From contig CM022670.1 of NCBI GenBank assembly GCA_012295275.1, positions 24,490,001 through 24,554,000 on the forward strand: 64,000 nucleotides of DNA, written 5' to 3'. The notes beneath the pieces are model-generated. The model did not search any database. It was not told the origin of the DNA and worked only from the letters and a program-made list of their open reading frames with translations. Each line of letters starts with the position of its first letter. Position 1 is the first letter of the stretch. The position numbers and the translations under genes were made by a program. This document shows positions 1-13,600 of this stretch, in pieces. The stretch comes from Chrysomallon squamiferum. Taxonomy: Eukaryota; Animalia; Mollusca.

Positions 1-709
1 TCATATAAAGATACTGTCTTTATCAATATCTTTTTTTTTTTTTAATGTAAAATAAAACCACAACCTTTACTTTGTTATATTACCGTATACGTGACATTAA
101 CGATATTCTGCTTGCAGTTAAAGAGAACAAGGTAACGATGATTATATGTTTTAATGAGATCATTTTGCTGTCGATTCTGACGCGGTGAGCTCTGAGATGT
201 GAAGTTTTTGTTTCTGCTGCGACTCATACAGCTGGCCAGCGTGTTACAGGATCAGCCCAGAACCAACACGATGTTATTAAATCTGTGACATTCTAGTAGC
301 GTTCTAACAAATTAACAATTTCTCAGTGTAATCGAGGAAAAGGTCAACAAAAACATTATGGATTCTCTCTGACTGTGCTTGTGTTTCTGCAGTGCCAGAG
401 ACGTCATTAACAAAATACTTAGTGACTGTGCAATAGTCTGTATCGTCTCAAAAAATAATTCATTACAGTCTCGTCTTATCTGATGTTTTCTTGAAACATT
501 TGATATATAATCAAATAAAAATAATTCATTTAGTGACATATTTTGAGAAACCTCCACACCTACACATAATATCTATTTTAGCACAACATTTCGGGATAAA
601 CATTAAAAAAGGTCTGAACACGTGGTCGCAAGTAAATGCATTAAAACAATTAAAAACAATATTAATATCGGAAAAATGAAACGCCTATTCTCAAATTTAG
701 CTCACTTAC

Positions 710-973
710 CTTTTGTATATACTGATATTGAAAGTTTGGGTGTGACGTATCTGACACGTCTACGTTAAATGATACAGTTTTGTTAACAGTCTGAGATGCC
801 AGACTCTGATTACTGACTCCAGCGGAGAGAGATCCAGGTCCAGCACTGTACGAATGATCGGGGGCAACCTGCTGAGAATTACGTCTCGTGTTCGTCCTAG
901 AATTGCTGCTGGATCGTCTCCTTGCTTCTCGGTTTTTGCGAACTATTGTTCCCGTCCTTCCTAGCATGGACAT
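710..973 (-). CDS. Putative variable first coding exon A (88 aa, MSMLGRTGTIVRKNR...RRNS...KTVSF...YIQK) of an unidentified spliced gene
   Basis: ATG at 973 with in-frame TAG 7 codons upstream; consensus donor AAG|GTAAGT at 710/709, phase 0; paralogous to exons at 5903, 13600, 20415, 31588. Confidence 0.8.
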
Positions 974-2002
974 AGCGTTTTTATAAAAAAACTAATCCTT
1001 GGAATGTTTTAAACAATGCTTTTTATTCACTCGGGATATGAAATTCAGTAAATATACATTACTATCTTTGTCCTTTTCAAAACAAACTTATAACTTCCAA
1101 AAATAAGTTTCCACATTAACGTTTCAGAACCTGTTGCTATGTTAAAAACAATGACTTTTCAATTTCTCCAGCACTTTAAATGTTTTCCCTTATACGAATG
1201 TTTTTTTATACAAGCTTAAGTTTTATAAAACATTGCGTCCTTTTGCATTCGAAGTAAATAAGTCAACTGGCTTTCATTAAAAACACTTTTATACAAAGTA
1301 TTCAGAAATAATTAAAATAGTCTTAAGTTTCGCCAGTTTCTTAACATCAAGACCTTCCACACCGAAGTATTTAAAGTAATCTTGCGTAACCGCCTGAACA
1401 CGAGAACAAAAACTTTCGAAAAGCCAAAACGACGGCAACTGACCAAACAGTGACCAAAGGTCCAATTATTAGATTCCAATTAAGGAGATTCGGAGCAAGC
1501 ACGTGTTTTGGAATCGAGAGCGTACATCAAGCGTTTTTCGCTGACCTTTCGGCTGAGTCGAAAAATCAATTAATTCATTTAACGGGTCCTTTGGAAAAGT
1601 GGTCTTCTGAAAGACGACTAACAAGGTTTGTCGCTCTGAAGGTGTAGCAGGGGAAAGGTGGTGAGGAAAAAGCTGCTTGACTTCTAGACGACAGTGAAAA
1701 TGAAACATGATGGAAGCGCGCAGTCTCCATCACACAGCACGGCGTGTCGCACCAACTCATCTCATCTCATTTTCACCCCCATCTCATCCCGTCACGTGGC
1801 ATCTCTCTCGGAGAATTAATAAAAATGATTTTTATTGAACATCTTTGACACGCAATATACACTCAGGCAGTACTGGAATACACATAACAAATTGACGATA
1901 ATGACAAGTTAATTAAAGTCAGATCGAAAAGTGACATTTATATGTGAAATGCATTCAGTAGACAAATATATTAGCAGAGTAAGAAACAGTACACGCTATA
2001 TA

Positions 2003-2900
2003 TATCGTACTAACAGTACATTGTAGTATTAATGTACACGACAGTATAAATAGTACTAATTGTACACAATTGTATTAATTGTACACGACAGTGTAAATAG
2101 TACTAATTGTACACGACAGTATAAATCGTACTAATTGTACACAATTGTATTAATTGTACACGACAGTATAAATAGTACTAATTGTACACGACAGTATAAA
2201 TCGTACTAATTGTACACAATTGTATTAATTGTACATGACAGTATAAATAGTACTAATTGTATACAATTGTATTAATTGTACACCACAGTATAAATAGTAC
2301 TAATTGTACACAATTGTATTAATTGTAGACGACAGCATAAATCGTACTAATTGTACACAACTGTATTAATTGTAGACGACAGTATAAATCGTACTAATTG
2401 TACGCAATTGTATTAATTGTACACGAAAGTATATAAATCGTACTAACTGTACACAACTTAATTAATTGTCAACAACTGTATTAATTGTACACGACACTAT
2501 AAATCGTACTAATTGTACACAACTGTATTAATTGTACTAATTGTACACAACTGTATTAATTGTACATGACAGTATAAATCGTATTAATTATACACATTTA
2601 TATTCATTGTTCACTGCAGTATGTATTAATCGTTCTAACTGTACACGTTTGTATTCATTGCACGTGCAGTATTAATCGTACTAATTATACACAATTATGT
2701 TAAATGCATAGAGAGCACTATTAACCATTCTAATTGCTGACAATAGTATTAACTGTACTAATCATACTTATTATACACGATTGTATTAATTGTTCATTAC
2801 CGTATTAATCGTAATAATACTAATAATTGTGCGTAATAATACTAATTCTACACGGCTATTTTGATCGCATTAACTGTACATGATTATATTAATCATACTA
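2003..2900. repeat. Composite minisatellite (47-bp and 28-bp units built on TAATTGTACAC), decaying rightwards
   Basis: Unit ACAGTATAAATAGTACTAATTGTACACAATTGTATTAATTGTACACG starts at 2041, next starts 2088 and 2116. Confidence 0.9.
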
Positions 2901-3516
2901 ATTTATCGAACATATAACTGTATGCTGAATTGTATAATAACACCAGAATTTTAGTTGAATTTGCAGAATCAAAAAAAAAAAAAAGAAAAAAAGAAACAGA
3001 AATCAAATATATTAGTAAAACCCATTATGAATACGCCAAACACATTGTGCAATACAATTTTGATTCAAGTTAGAGATAACATATAATTAATTATAATATA
3101 AACAGTTCACGTCAGAAACGAAACTTGTTATTGGGTAGTTTATGCACTGCGCATTCTACCTGATCAATGAGTAATAACCACAAACAGTTTGTTTATTGTG
3201 GCTTTATTCTCTGTAAAGCAAATTTGCTTTCTTTACTTCTCTTTTATCACCTACCTTTTCATCACAAAATGGCTGACGTGGTCAAGATCTATTTTTTAGG
3301 CAGTGGCTTTACGATATTATTTGAAATAGAGATCGAATCTTATAAAAACAGTTATTCGCCTCTGCTTGAGATTACCATGAGATCGAATCTCGAAAAATAA
3401 AGGAAGGGAGCAGTTTCCCGTTTTATGGCTAATTAAATAGATACGTAACAGATATAAAATAAAAACTACATATTTCGCAATATTATACCCATATATACAC
3501 ATATATACATAAAAAT

Positions 3517-3549
<33 letters not shown>

Positions 3550-3864
3550 CAGGTACCGGACCAACGATCCGGACTCCTTGGGGCCTGAGGCATTCCGGAT
3601 TTCTGGATTTTCCGGTTTTCTGATACCAATGCATCTAAATAGGTAAATAATTAGGCATAAACATTTTAAAACTAAAAACATAAAGAAAATTGACGATACA
3701 CAACTGTGGCGACTCGACACGTAAACAATGCGGCGAGTTAATGAACACCATTTTTCGGTTTTCTATGAAAATAGCGTCGGGAAAAAAAAATAGCGCCGGG
3801 AAAAAAATTCCGGTTTTCTAGTCTTTCCGGATTTCAGGAAACCGGATAATTGGTCCGGTACCTG
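3550..3864. mobile_element. Non-autonomous DNA transposon (MITE), TA target duplication, Tc1/mariner-like; copy 1
   Basis: TIR CAGGTACCGGACCAA / TTGGTCCGGTACCTG flanked by TA on both sides; second copy at 39255-39596. Confidence 0.85.
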
Positions 3865-3914
3865 TATATGTTCATAGATACACATACGATGCTGTGTACA
3901 TTCAGACAAAGATG

Positions 3915-3936
3915 TATACATACGTACACACATACA

Positions 3937-3970
<34 letters not shown>

Positions 3971-4137
3971 CATACATACATACATACATTCATTCATACA
4001 TATATACATTCATTCATACATAAATACATACATACATACATACATACATACATACATACATTCATACATACATACATTCATACATACATACATACATACA
4101 TACATACATACATACATACATACATACATACATACAT
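3915..4137. repeat. (TACA)n microsatellite
   Basis: Direct reading. Confidence 0.95.
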
Positions 4138-5167
4138 GCTTGCAGAACTACAGAATTACCAGAAACACTCACATTCGCACAAATAAATCGTAAAACAGCT
4201 GTCGTTATTTTAAAACACAAGAGTTGCTATAAGCAGTGCAAAGTGAATCTCTATATGTCATCGTTCTTGGTCAACAAAGTAACGACAAAAAGCCACGCAA
4301 CAAAAACACGCATTGAAAACAAAACGAGCAATGAACGTTTAAAATACATCAGTAACAAAAACTTGGTACAAAATACAAAAGGTTATGATCAGGAAGAATT
4401 TTCCGGTGACATTTAGTTTCTTTGGTTTTTTTTTTTTTTATTATATTGCATTGTAAATAATTAATGAAATAGCAAAATAGAAATTATAAAATAATATTTA
4501 TGCAGTAAGAAGACAGTCTTTTGATATATAAAACGATGTGACAGAAGAGTTGAAAATGCAATTTCACGAGCTTGTTTATTGTAATTATATTTTGGTATCG
4601 GGAAAAAGTGGTCATTAGAAACTAATAAGCCAGTTATTTGGAATTTAACTAAGACGAAAAGTATTCTTTAACAACAGTGAAACATCACGGCACTGAAAAT
4701 TTGTTTTACTCATTAATTGACTTAAATTGCGAATTCTGTGCATAGCGTTCATTAAGAAAAGGATCAGTTAGTATCATAAAGCAGGTCTTACATCCTTAAC
4801 GGAATGATTAAAATGATCAATCTACGACATTAAATTATTTCTTTGATCTGCCCTGTAATCTCAGTTAATCAATTGTTTTCCTTCGTTTCATTGTTGGCTT
4901 CTTGGCACTGTGTATTCCACAATGCTTTGTGATCATATTAATTGCTTATAATGAAATCTCATCAAAAAACTGCATTCCTAAGTTAGGACGAGCTGCCTGA
5001 AATTTCTAGATCAATTGAATTTGTATAACCTTGGAAACAGCAAGATATAACAAATATGTCTTCTTCGTTAACCTTGGGTAAAAGATTCAACAGTTATTTG
5101 TTTTGACGCGTTTACTCATTGAACATTATTTTAAGTATTTTATTTTAATAATATGTAGACTAATTAC

Positions 5168-5228
<61 letters not shown>

Positions 5229-5275
5229 TTATAAAATAATAATAAAATAATAATAATAATAATAATAATAATTAT
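5168..5275. repeat. (ATT)n followed by (AAT)n microsatellite
   Basis: Direct reading. Confidence 0.9.
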
Positions 5276-5597
5276 ATAAACATTTTTAGTTTTTAGAAAA
5301 AAAATAAAAAATAAAACATTGAAAAAGAAGCCCTATAGACCGATATTATTAAAACATATTCTATTCAATGTTTTACTCAGGAACTTTCGCTACTTTACTT
5401 ATTCTCTTAATTACTGAACATATCAAAATGAGGTTAAGCTACTATGTGTAAAAAATACATCAGAAAAAAACAATGAGTATATTCCCTAGTTAAATCTAGG
5501 AACTGTACCGAAGATCTATATCCATTCCGCAACACAATCACGTTTTTTAATTTAAGGGGGCTGCAAAAGGGGACAAAGCTGAGAAAACGACTCTGAC

Positions 5598-5903
5598 CTC
5601 GTGCAGGGACAGACTGTCGGGTCTGTGCACCTGCTCCACGTCCAGACTGAACGACACACTCTTGCTGGGCGAGGGAGACGGCTGAGGGGTGAGGCAAGGG
5701 CGTGCCACGGTTTCCGCGCTGCGGCTGATGGAGCAAGGTCGGAACGACTGCGTCGTAACTGGCGACATCGTCGGGGCCGACGCACGTCGTAGATGATGAG
5801 CGTTCTTGTGAAGCCGGGTTTGTTGTCGTGAAAGTCCGTGTCCGTGTGAACGCCGCCGATTTTTCCGAACTACTGTTCCTGTTCGGCCCAACATGGACAT
5901 CAT
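5598..5903 (-). CDS. Putative variable first coding exon B (102 aa, MMSMLGRTGTVVRKNR...RRASAP...KSVSF...SLHE)
   Basis: ATG at 5903/5900 with in-frame TAA 7 codons upstream; donor GAG|GTCAGA at 5598/5597, phase 0; GC-rich island in AT-rich flanks; N-terminal codons differ from exon A almost only synonymously. Confidence 0.8.
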
Positions 5904-6910
5904 ATTGTGAAACCACTTTTTTTAAATAAATGATTTTTATTTCTCTGTTTTCTTCCTTTGACTTTTATATTAGTCAGTACATCGTTTAACTTTGCTTTGA
6001 AAGAATTCTCTCCAATGTACAGATTAAAATAACCATATTATCGTTTACAAAAGTTTGTGAAGATCATCATCAGTTAGTTTCTGTTGAAGATACAAGATTC
6101 AGGTTATGCGAAACTAACCATTTCTAGTGCAGAAAACCCAGATATTCATTTCGTTGCATATAAAAACCATTAACAGCCATCAGTTCTTGCAAAATGTTCG
6201 TAATACACGAATCTAAACGTTCTGCTATTTCTTGATGATTATTAAAGCAGTATTGAAGCTTCCAAGACATTCGGGAAATTTCCTCCACAGATTGGAACGA
6301 TGGCAAAAAGCAGAATGATTCATTCATAATGAAATTAAACAAACTATCTTCAGGAATGGAATAAGAACAATTCGTACTCAGTTACCCTTTGACTACTAAA
6401 AAAAGACGTGTTATGTGTTTCGGTTTTTTACTTTTCAATAAATGCAATCTAAACTGATATATCATGTAGCACTTCGACAAAAATTGTCTGAACAAATTTT
6501 AGCAAAAAATGCTCAGAACAGATAATATTTATCAAGTCCTTTCAGCTCATGAACTTACTGATTTACTTTCAAATTTTTTTTTTTAGTTCATTAAAACATA
6601 GTTATTGCTTGGAACATATGTAAAATTTCAACATCAAAGATGCACACAAGTGGAGAAATCCCGAAAATAAACATCCAAATCCTTAGTGTATCGGTGTTTT
6701 TAAAACTGAACAGACTGCAATAGATCATTTTCCTAAACAAAAACTCTTCAAATCGTTAAAATGATTCAGGCAGTTATAATCCAAAACAGCATAAACGAAT
6801 ATAAGTGCGTTCTTTTTTTTTTTTTTATTATTATTTCCATGTAAATATTATAACTCATAACTGTAACTTCCCCAAAGTAAGAGAATCATTAAAAAGTCAT
6901 TTTGGGTCTT

Positions 6911-6940
6911 TTCACGTGCGCCTCGACGAGTGATTGGCTG
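6911..6940 (-). promoter_or_regulatory. Possible promoter elements ~1 kb upstream of exon B
   Basis: CACGTG at 6913-6918 next to a minus-strand CCAATC box at 6932-6937 in a small CpG-containing patch. Confidence 0.3.
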
Positions 6941-7786
6941 AGCAAGAAAACATTCCACAATGCAACAGCAGCGTGTCAGGATGATTCCCAAGAATCATAA
7001 CTGAAACTGTCTCACTACGCATTGAGCCCAGTTAACGAAAATAACAGAAAATTGTTCAAATAGCGGGTTGAAATCCTTGACATTTTCCCCGGGGAAAATG
7101 AAACTACTTTTGTACGCTTTAAGCCTGCGGTCAAACGGTTCTGCTGACAATAGTAAGTAAAAATATCATCTGACATTTAGTGTCTGTTTCAGCGAAGAAC
7201 GAATATGAATAACCCACACGATAATTATTTTATTCTGTATTTTTAAAAAAAAACATCAACACTGGCTATATTTCACCTACATTCTGATACTTTGTTATTG
7301 TGAAAGTTATTAAAATAAATCTCTGAATTTAGATTATTCGGTCACAAATCTTTTGGAAATTGTTACAGTTTATTTTTGAATTCCGGGTTCATTTTCGTTT
7401 CAGCGATCGAAAAAGAGTCATATTTAGAATTCGCCTATAATCGAAAAGGGTATAAAAAAAAATTAAAGAAAATTGTAAAAGAAGAAAACTATGTCGAATA
7501 TCCAACAGTTATTATAAAGTATATATAAAGAGTAAGAATAAGAATGGTGACAACAATATACAAAGTATTCTAAAAAAAAAAGAAAATGGACTAAATTCCA
7601 ACTGCAATTATTTCAAGAAAATTGCTTTCTGAAGATAAATCAAATAACTGATCATTTTAGATAATTAAAAAAGTATAGAAAATAACAGATATTTAAAATA
7701 AATAAATAAATAAATAAATAAATAAAATAAAATAAAATAAAATAAAATAAAACAGATAAATACAAATAATACAAAAGGGAACAAAG

Positions 7787-7824
<38 letters not shown>

Positions 7825-8272
7825 CAGGGCAAACAAGTTTTATGGGCTTCAGCATATAAAACAGCTGTATAAATTTTCCAATAGTCACGCATTTCGGCAT
7901 TAATGAGCTGGAAATTAAAACTTCTGGCTGGATCTTTTTGCCTTTGGGTGGAGCAGCCTAAGTCACGATACGCTACAGCTTGGCGGTAATCGCGGGAACT
8001 TTCAGGTTCCGTTAATTACTGGGAAATCGCTTGCGGCCCAAATTGTCTTTTTAATTGGGAACCACGAGTGTGCGAGATTAATGCCGTACAACTGCAGTAC
8101 GAATACCCACGCAGCAGAAGAGATTATTAGTTCTAACTTCGTTGACACACCAAGACGGATTCAGCACAAGGCGGGCAACACAGAGATTTTCACTTACACT
8201 GTTGTTTTGTTTGTTTTTTTAATTTGATTTGGTATACTTTCTAAAATTATTTTATTTTAATTAACTGTACCG

Positions 8273-8275
<3 letters not shown>

Positions 8276-8360
<85 letters not shown>
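8276..8360. repeat. (CT)n microsatellite
   Basis: Direct reading. Confidence 0.95.
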
Positions 8361-9744
8361 CGACTGTAATACAGAAATGAAAACGCTTTAACCAAGAACT
8401 GTAACTGCTGTATTAAATGCACAGAAATTTTCTTTTGAGAGATACAGCCAACAGAGGAGTAATTACTGCAGGTTTAAAGCCAGACAGAAAGCAGTGAAAT
8501 AAATTCTTTCACTTAAAAACAAATCTGACTCGCTGTTAGCGAGTTCTTTCAAACCGAATACAGCAGATAAGGTAATTTAACATAATTTACAAAAGCTGAT
8601 TTAGTTCGCGCTTTTCGTTTTTCTTTAAGTGTTGATTTCTTTCCAGTCTTCATAAAATCAGTATAAAATGTTATTACAGGTAAGTTTCAGTCTATTGCTT
8701 TGCATAAGAATCACCAGAAAATAAAAACGAAAATATAGCGCTAGAAAAATTGTTAGAAATGATAATACTATTTCAGTTTTGTCATGTTTTGTTCCTCACT
8801 CGAAGACAAACATATACAGAAGTTACTTAAATGCGGCATAACAACAACAACAACAACAACAACAACACTAGTAATAATAATAATAATAACGGTAATACAA
8901 CATTAATATAATATTAATAAGAAGAAATAGAAGTAACAATAATATATTTGTATATTATATCCTATTTTTATAAATAATGCCAACTTGAATTCTCTTTTTT
9001 TATATATATTTTTATTTCATTTTCATTTATATTATTTTAATATTCATTTATTTATTCTTTCTTTCTATTTTTAGTCTGAGAATTTAAACACTACCCTTTT
9101 TACAGAACAGTAATAATAAAATAATTTGCTCCAAGCAATTGCAGGCAAATTTTGATTTTAAAAAAAATTTTTTACGACGAAATAATTGCAGCACCGAGAA
9201 ATGTGTGTAATGTTTGTACCTGCACGCTCTGCAAATGAAAGACTGTTTAGAATTCAAAGATCACTTAAATGTCATTAGATACATTTTCAAAGCACTTTTC
9301 AAAAAGCTTTGTGTCAAAAGAACTGTTGCCCTCCAGCTATGTTACTAACCTATTATGTTGTGGAGCCAGAAAAAGAGGGGAAAAAAAATACACGAAAGCT
9401 TCTGATTTTTCTTTGTTTGCTGAACTCAACAAATGCCTATAGAAAGATCTTGGCTTCTTAAACTTGAACATACATGAATCAATTCACTGCCTAATGCAAA
9501 ATCGAAAACCAGGTTAAGGAATGAAATGTTAAAATATCAGTTAAAAAGTGATAGGGATTTTGGCCGTGGGTTCCCAAACAGAATGCTATTTATGTGACAG
9601 AACGCAGTAAGTCGAGGATTTTAGTAATAGCATGTTAGTAATGTGAACATTCCGTTAAAACAGGTAGTCATGTAATAGACTATTAATAATTTGAAGGTAC
9701 TTTTTAAAACAGGCAATTACAACAAATTTATAACAACACCCTCT

Positions 9745-9780
<36 letters not shown>

Positions 9781-12334
9781 AAACAAAAACAAACAACATA
9801 ACAATGACAAGAGCTCGTTGTAAAGAACAAAATGAATGTGAATCTTAACAGACATTTATAAATTTCTTTTTCCACTTCACTGTCACCGAAATAACAAATC
9901 ACTAGGAGTTTAACAAAACCTCATTACGTTAAACACTGACTGCTATTAAATATGAAAAATACAGGAGATGTTTTGTATGATAATTAAATAAGAGATGCAA
10001 CTCCGATGTCAACAGGGATTAAGTATACATGGTTGCTCTTGAACGGGTAATTCTCTGTAACTGTTATTTGTTAATCTTAACTATAAATTGCATTTTGGCT
10101 AAAACATTTATCATTGTAATGATTATAATTTAATTTAATAAACAACAGCAACAGTTCATAACTAAAAATAAAGTAGTATTAACCTTCGGTATTATTAATA
10201 AAAAATAGAAAGTGGAATTCAAATTGTAACTGATAAGATAATGGATGATATGATGATGATGATTTATGATTACGATGATAATGATGATGATAATGTTAAT
10301 GGTTACAATAATAACCATAGTTGCTGGAGGTGATATTCCTGATGCTGATACTGATATTGACGACGACGACAATGATGATGTAATGATGCTGATAAAGTTG
10401 AAAAATAAACAAATCAGGAAAATATATACAACACTCAAAGCTATAAAATGCCACTGTAAACGTGGCAGATATGGTAATTCAAATGACTTCAGTGCCTGAC
10501 ATGCGTCATCTTCCTGTCGAGACCTTTTACCAAGACTCATAAATATTTTAATAATACTGTCAAATAACGTTCACTGTGTTGACATTCATTCTCTGTCAGA
10601 CACCCTTCGCGACTTTCTGGTAATTTCATAAGTCTGTCAGAACCTTGCTCGTACTTTCAACGAATGTACTGCGTCTGACGTCAACCTCGCATATCATACA
10701 AGTCTGTGAGTAAATTCATGTACAATAATATTTAATATTTATTTAGCTGTTACAGATATTGAACACTTCGTTCTGCATGATCGTAATGAAATCATAGGAA
10801 CTTACGACTGCGAAATGCATTATTGTTTTTATTCTTTTCCCCCTACCTTTATATTTACTGAAATATTTTATGATTAGTTTTGATTGTGTGAGCAGAAAGC
10901 AGTGACATGTTTACAAGAGTGGAGTATCTTGAGTGAAATGTTGAGGTATTGTGTCTTTAAACTATTTATCTTATATATATATATAATTAGAGAAACGAGA
11001 AAAGCGCTAGCGTTGACTCATGCTAACTAGATTTTTAGCACTCGCAACACAGGCTTTTTTTTTTGCTTGTTTTTCGTAATTTTTTCTGGAACAAATAGAT
11101 GCGATGCATATATAGCACCATAGTCAAAGAGAGATGAACAGACATGTTTATTTACAGACAAATATCAATAGTTTGAAATTGATATGTATGTATGTATATG
11201 TGTGTTTATGTGTGTGTGTGTGCGTGTGCGTGTGTGCGTGTGTGTGTGTGTGTGTGAAAAGATAGATTTGACTAGGTCAGAGAAAAATAATTTGAGTATT
11301 CAGATAACACAGTATCCAGTGACTGGGCATAACAAATCCCCCTCATCCTACAGTTAATCACTATTCCATGAAACAGACTTATCTTTCCTAATGTATGCTG
11401 CCGTTTGTCTGAAAACGACAGTTACTGGTACAATAGTCAATTAAAACACTGAACATCTTCATTTTCTTTATCAAGAATTTCAGTTGCTTTACTATTAAAT
11501 TATCGCATTTCCACTTTATTCTGTTTGAAAGAAAACTCTAACAGTCATGAATATTTGTTTCAAAGCGACAAAATGTTCAGTCAATGTTTACCATCTAATA
11601 TGAGATACGTTTTTAGAAATTACTCTTCAAGTCGCTGCTTCTAAAAGCCTTTCTACAAAGCCAACTGACTTTAAGCTTCGCTGATCATACATACTTTTAT
11701 TTATTCATTTTTAAATTTTTAACTGTTATACATCAAAAAGAATACCATTGATATATTGGAAAACATTTCAGTTAAAATGTGCTTAATTATGATGTTTTTA
11801 ATACACAAATTGCTGTGAGCTTAATACTAATTTTAATGGTATAACTTGTATGACATTTATTAGTAATGTAATATAATCGTTATGAATTATGCCACTCAGG
11901 CAATGCGAAAATTGTACAGACGACCATAATTTCGTGAATAAAAAAATCTTTAAAACATTTTAAGAAATATTTAGAATAATAATAATTATTCTTCACCGCC
12001 ATGATATATTTAATTTTGTTTTCTATTTTCGAAATTAAAAAACTTTCAGAAATATTTCATAACCTTTTTTTTTTATGAAACCCAAATTAAAGTTTGTTCA
12101 TTTTTCTTTCAGTTTCCCAGTATATTCCGGTTTATTAAAATAAAAAACTGTCAGTTAATCACAATAATCATCATGATTATAATAATATCACAATAAAGCC
12201 ACGTTTCTGTTTCAAATCTGGTGACGGTAGCGGCACCGTCAGAAGACTGCGACAAGTGTCATCGCGAGCGTTGATGACATCATTGATGCAAACGAAAACA
12301 TCAGTTTCTGTTTTATACAGCTAGAGCCAAGTGT

Positions 12335-12740
12335 ATACACCCATACACACCCATACACGCATGAATACATACATACATACACATACGCTAATACGTACAT
12401 TATTAAACAAACATGCAGATACAGACGCATAAACACCTACATACAGAAACATACTTTGTTGTGCACACCCATACAGATATGTACATTATTAAACACACCC
12501 AAGTACATTGTTATTATACATACATTATTGTACACACTTGTACACATACACACCCATACACAGATATGTACATTAATATACACATATAGACTCATATACA
12601 CTCATACACACATATTTACATTATTAAACATACAGACACATATACACCAATACACACATACATATTCATTATATACACATAACAACATACACACTCATAC
12701 ACACATACATATATTATTATATAAAGATACATAAATTATA

Positions 12741-12784
<44 letters not shown>

Positions 12785-12820
12785 CCATAAACACAAACAC
12801 TGCATCCACATACATACACG
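12335..12820. repeat. CA/TA-rich low-complexity tract with (CA)n
   Basis: Direct reading. Confidence 0.85.
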
Positions 12821-13336
12821 TTTCATATTTAAAAAACACATCATATTGATTTATGCTACACAGGATTATACGTTGTGAAATTTCCAGAAATATCGAATGA
12901 AGAATTTTGCATAAAGCTGAAATTTTGTCGAAATCTTTTCTGAATTTAACGCATTCATTTGTCCTTCATTTTTTGGTTACGTGGTCAATTAGTAACGATT
13001 TGAAATAAAAAAAATTTACTGGATATTAACTGGGCACTTTCCACGGTATTTCAGTCTTTATCAGAAGAATATTTACCAAAATCAAACTAATACATCAAAA
13101 TAATGTTATAGAATTTCAAAGAAATCAGACAATAGCTGTGTAATCAATCGTTTAAAATAAATTTACCCTGAATACACGCAGTATATTCATGTATATGTAT
13201 GCATTTGTGAATGTATGTATTTGTGTGTGCAAGAAAACTATACGAAACTTTTCAGAGAAAAATTTACATGCTTTTGAAAAATTTAGTTTCTCGTCTGTTT
13301 AACAACATTCAGACAGTGATCTCGTACACAACAAAC

Positions 13337-13600
13337 CTTTATTTCGAGAAAAACCTCGGACGATTTCGACATTTTACCCGATACCTCTACAGCAGCATCT
13401 TTGACAGCGGATTTCAGCGATAGCTTGCCCATGCCTAACGGGACATCCTTGCTCTGGCCACCGATCGGAGCTCGTGGGTGATGGTTGACTGCAAGGGGAG
13501 CCGAGTATCTTCGAGCAGCTAGTCTCGTTTTCGTCCGACGAATGGTGGAACGATTCCGGCGAGCAATGGTACCTTTTCGCGCCAAAACTGAAACACTCAT
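13337..13600 (-). CDS. Putative variable first coding exon C (88 aa, MSVSVLARKGTIARRNR...RRYSAP...LEIK)
   Basis: ATG at 13600 with in-frame TAA 3 codons upstream; donor AAG|GTTTGT at 13337/13336, phase 0 (an earlier GAG|GTATCG, also phase 0, is an alternative); shares N-terminal and RRxSAP motifs. Confidence 0.7.

Noticed and set aside
2003-2900. CRISPR-like array (also considered for 41640-42030)
   Set aside because: No unique spacers, no cas genes, eukaryotic context; these are tandem minisatellites.
5434-5916. 160-aa overlapping minus ORF, plus antisense ORFs over exons B, D and E (5601-5792, 20195-20476, 31287-31532)
   Set aside because: Shadow frames of GC-rich exons; only the motif-bearing frame is conserved across paralogues.
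10130-10540. ORF starting MSLGKRSRQEDD as another first exon
   Set aside because: Lacks the TxxRKNR and RRxS motifs, has no convincing GT donor, and runs into simple repeats.
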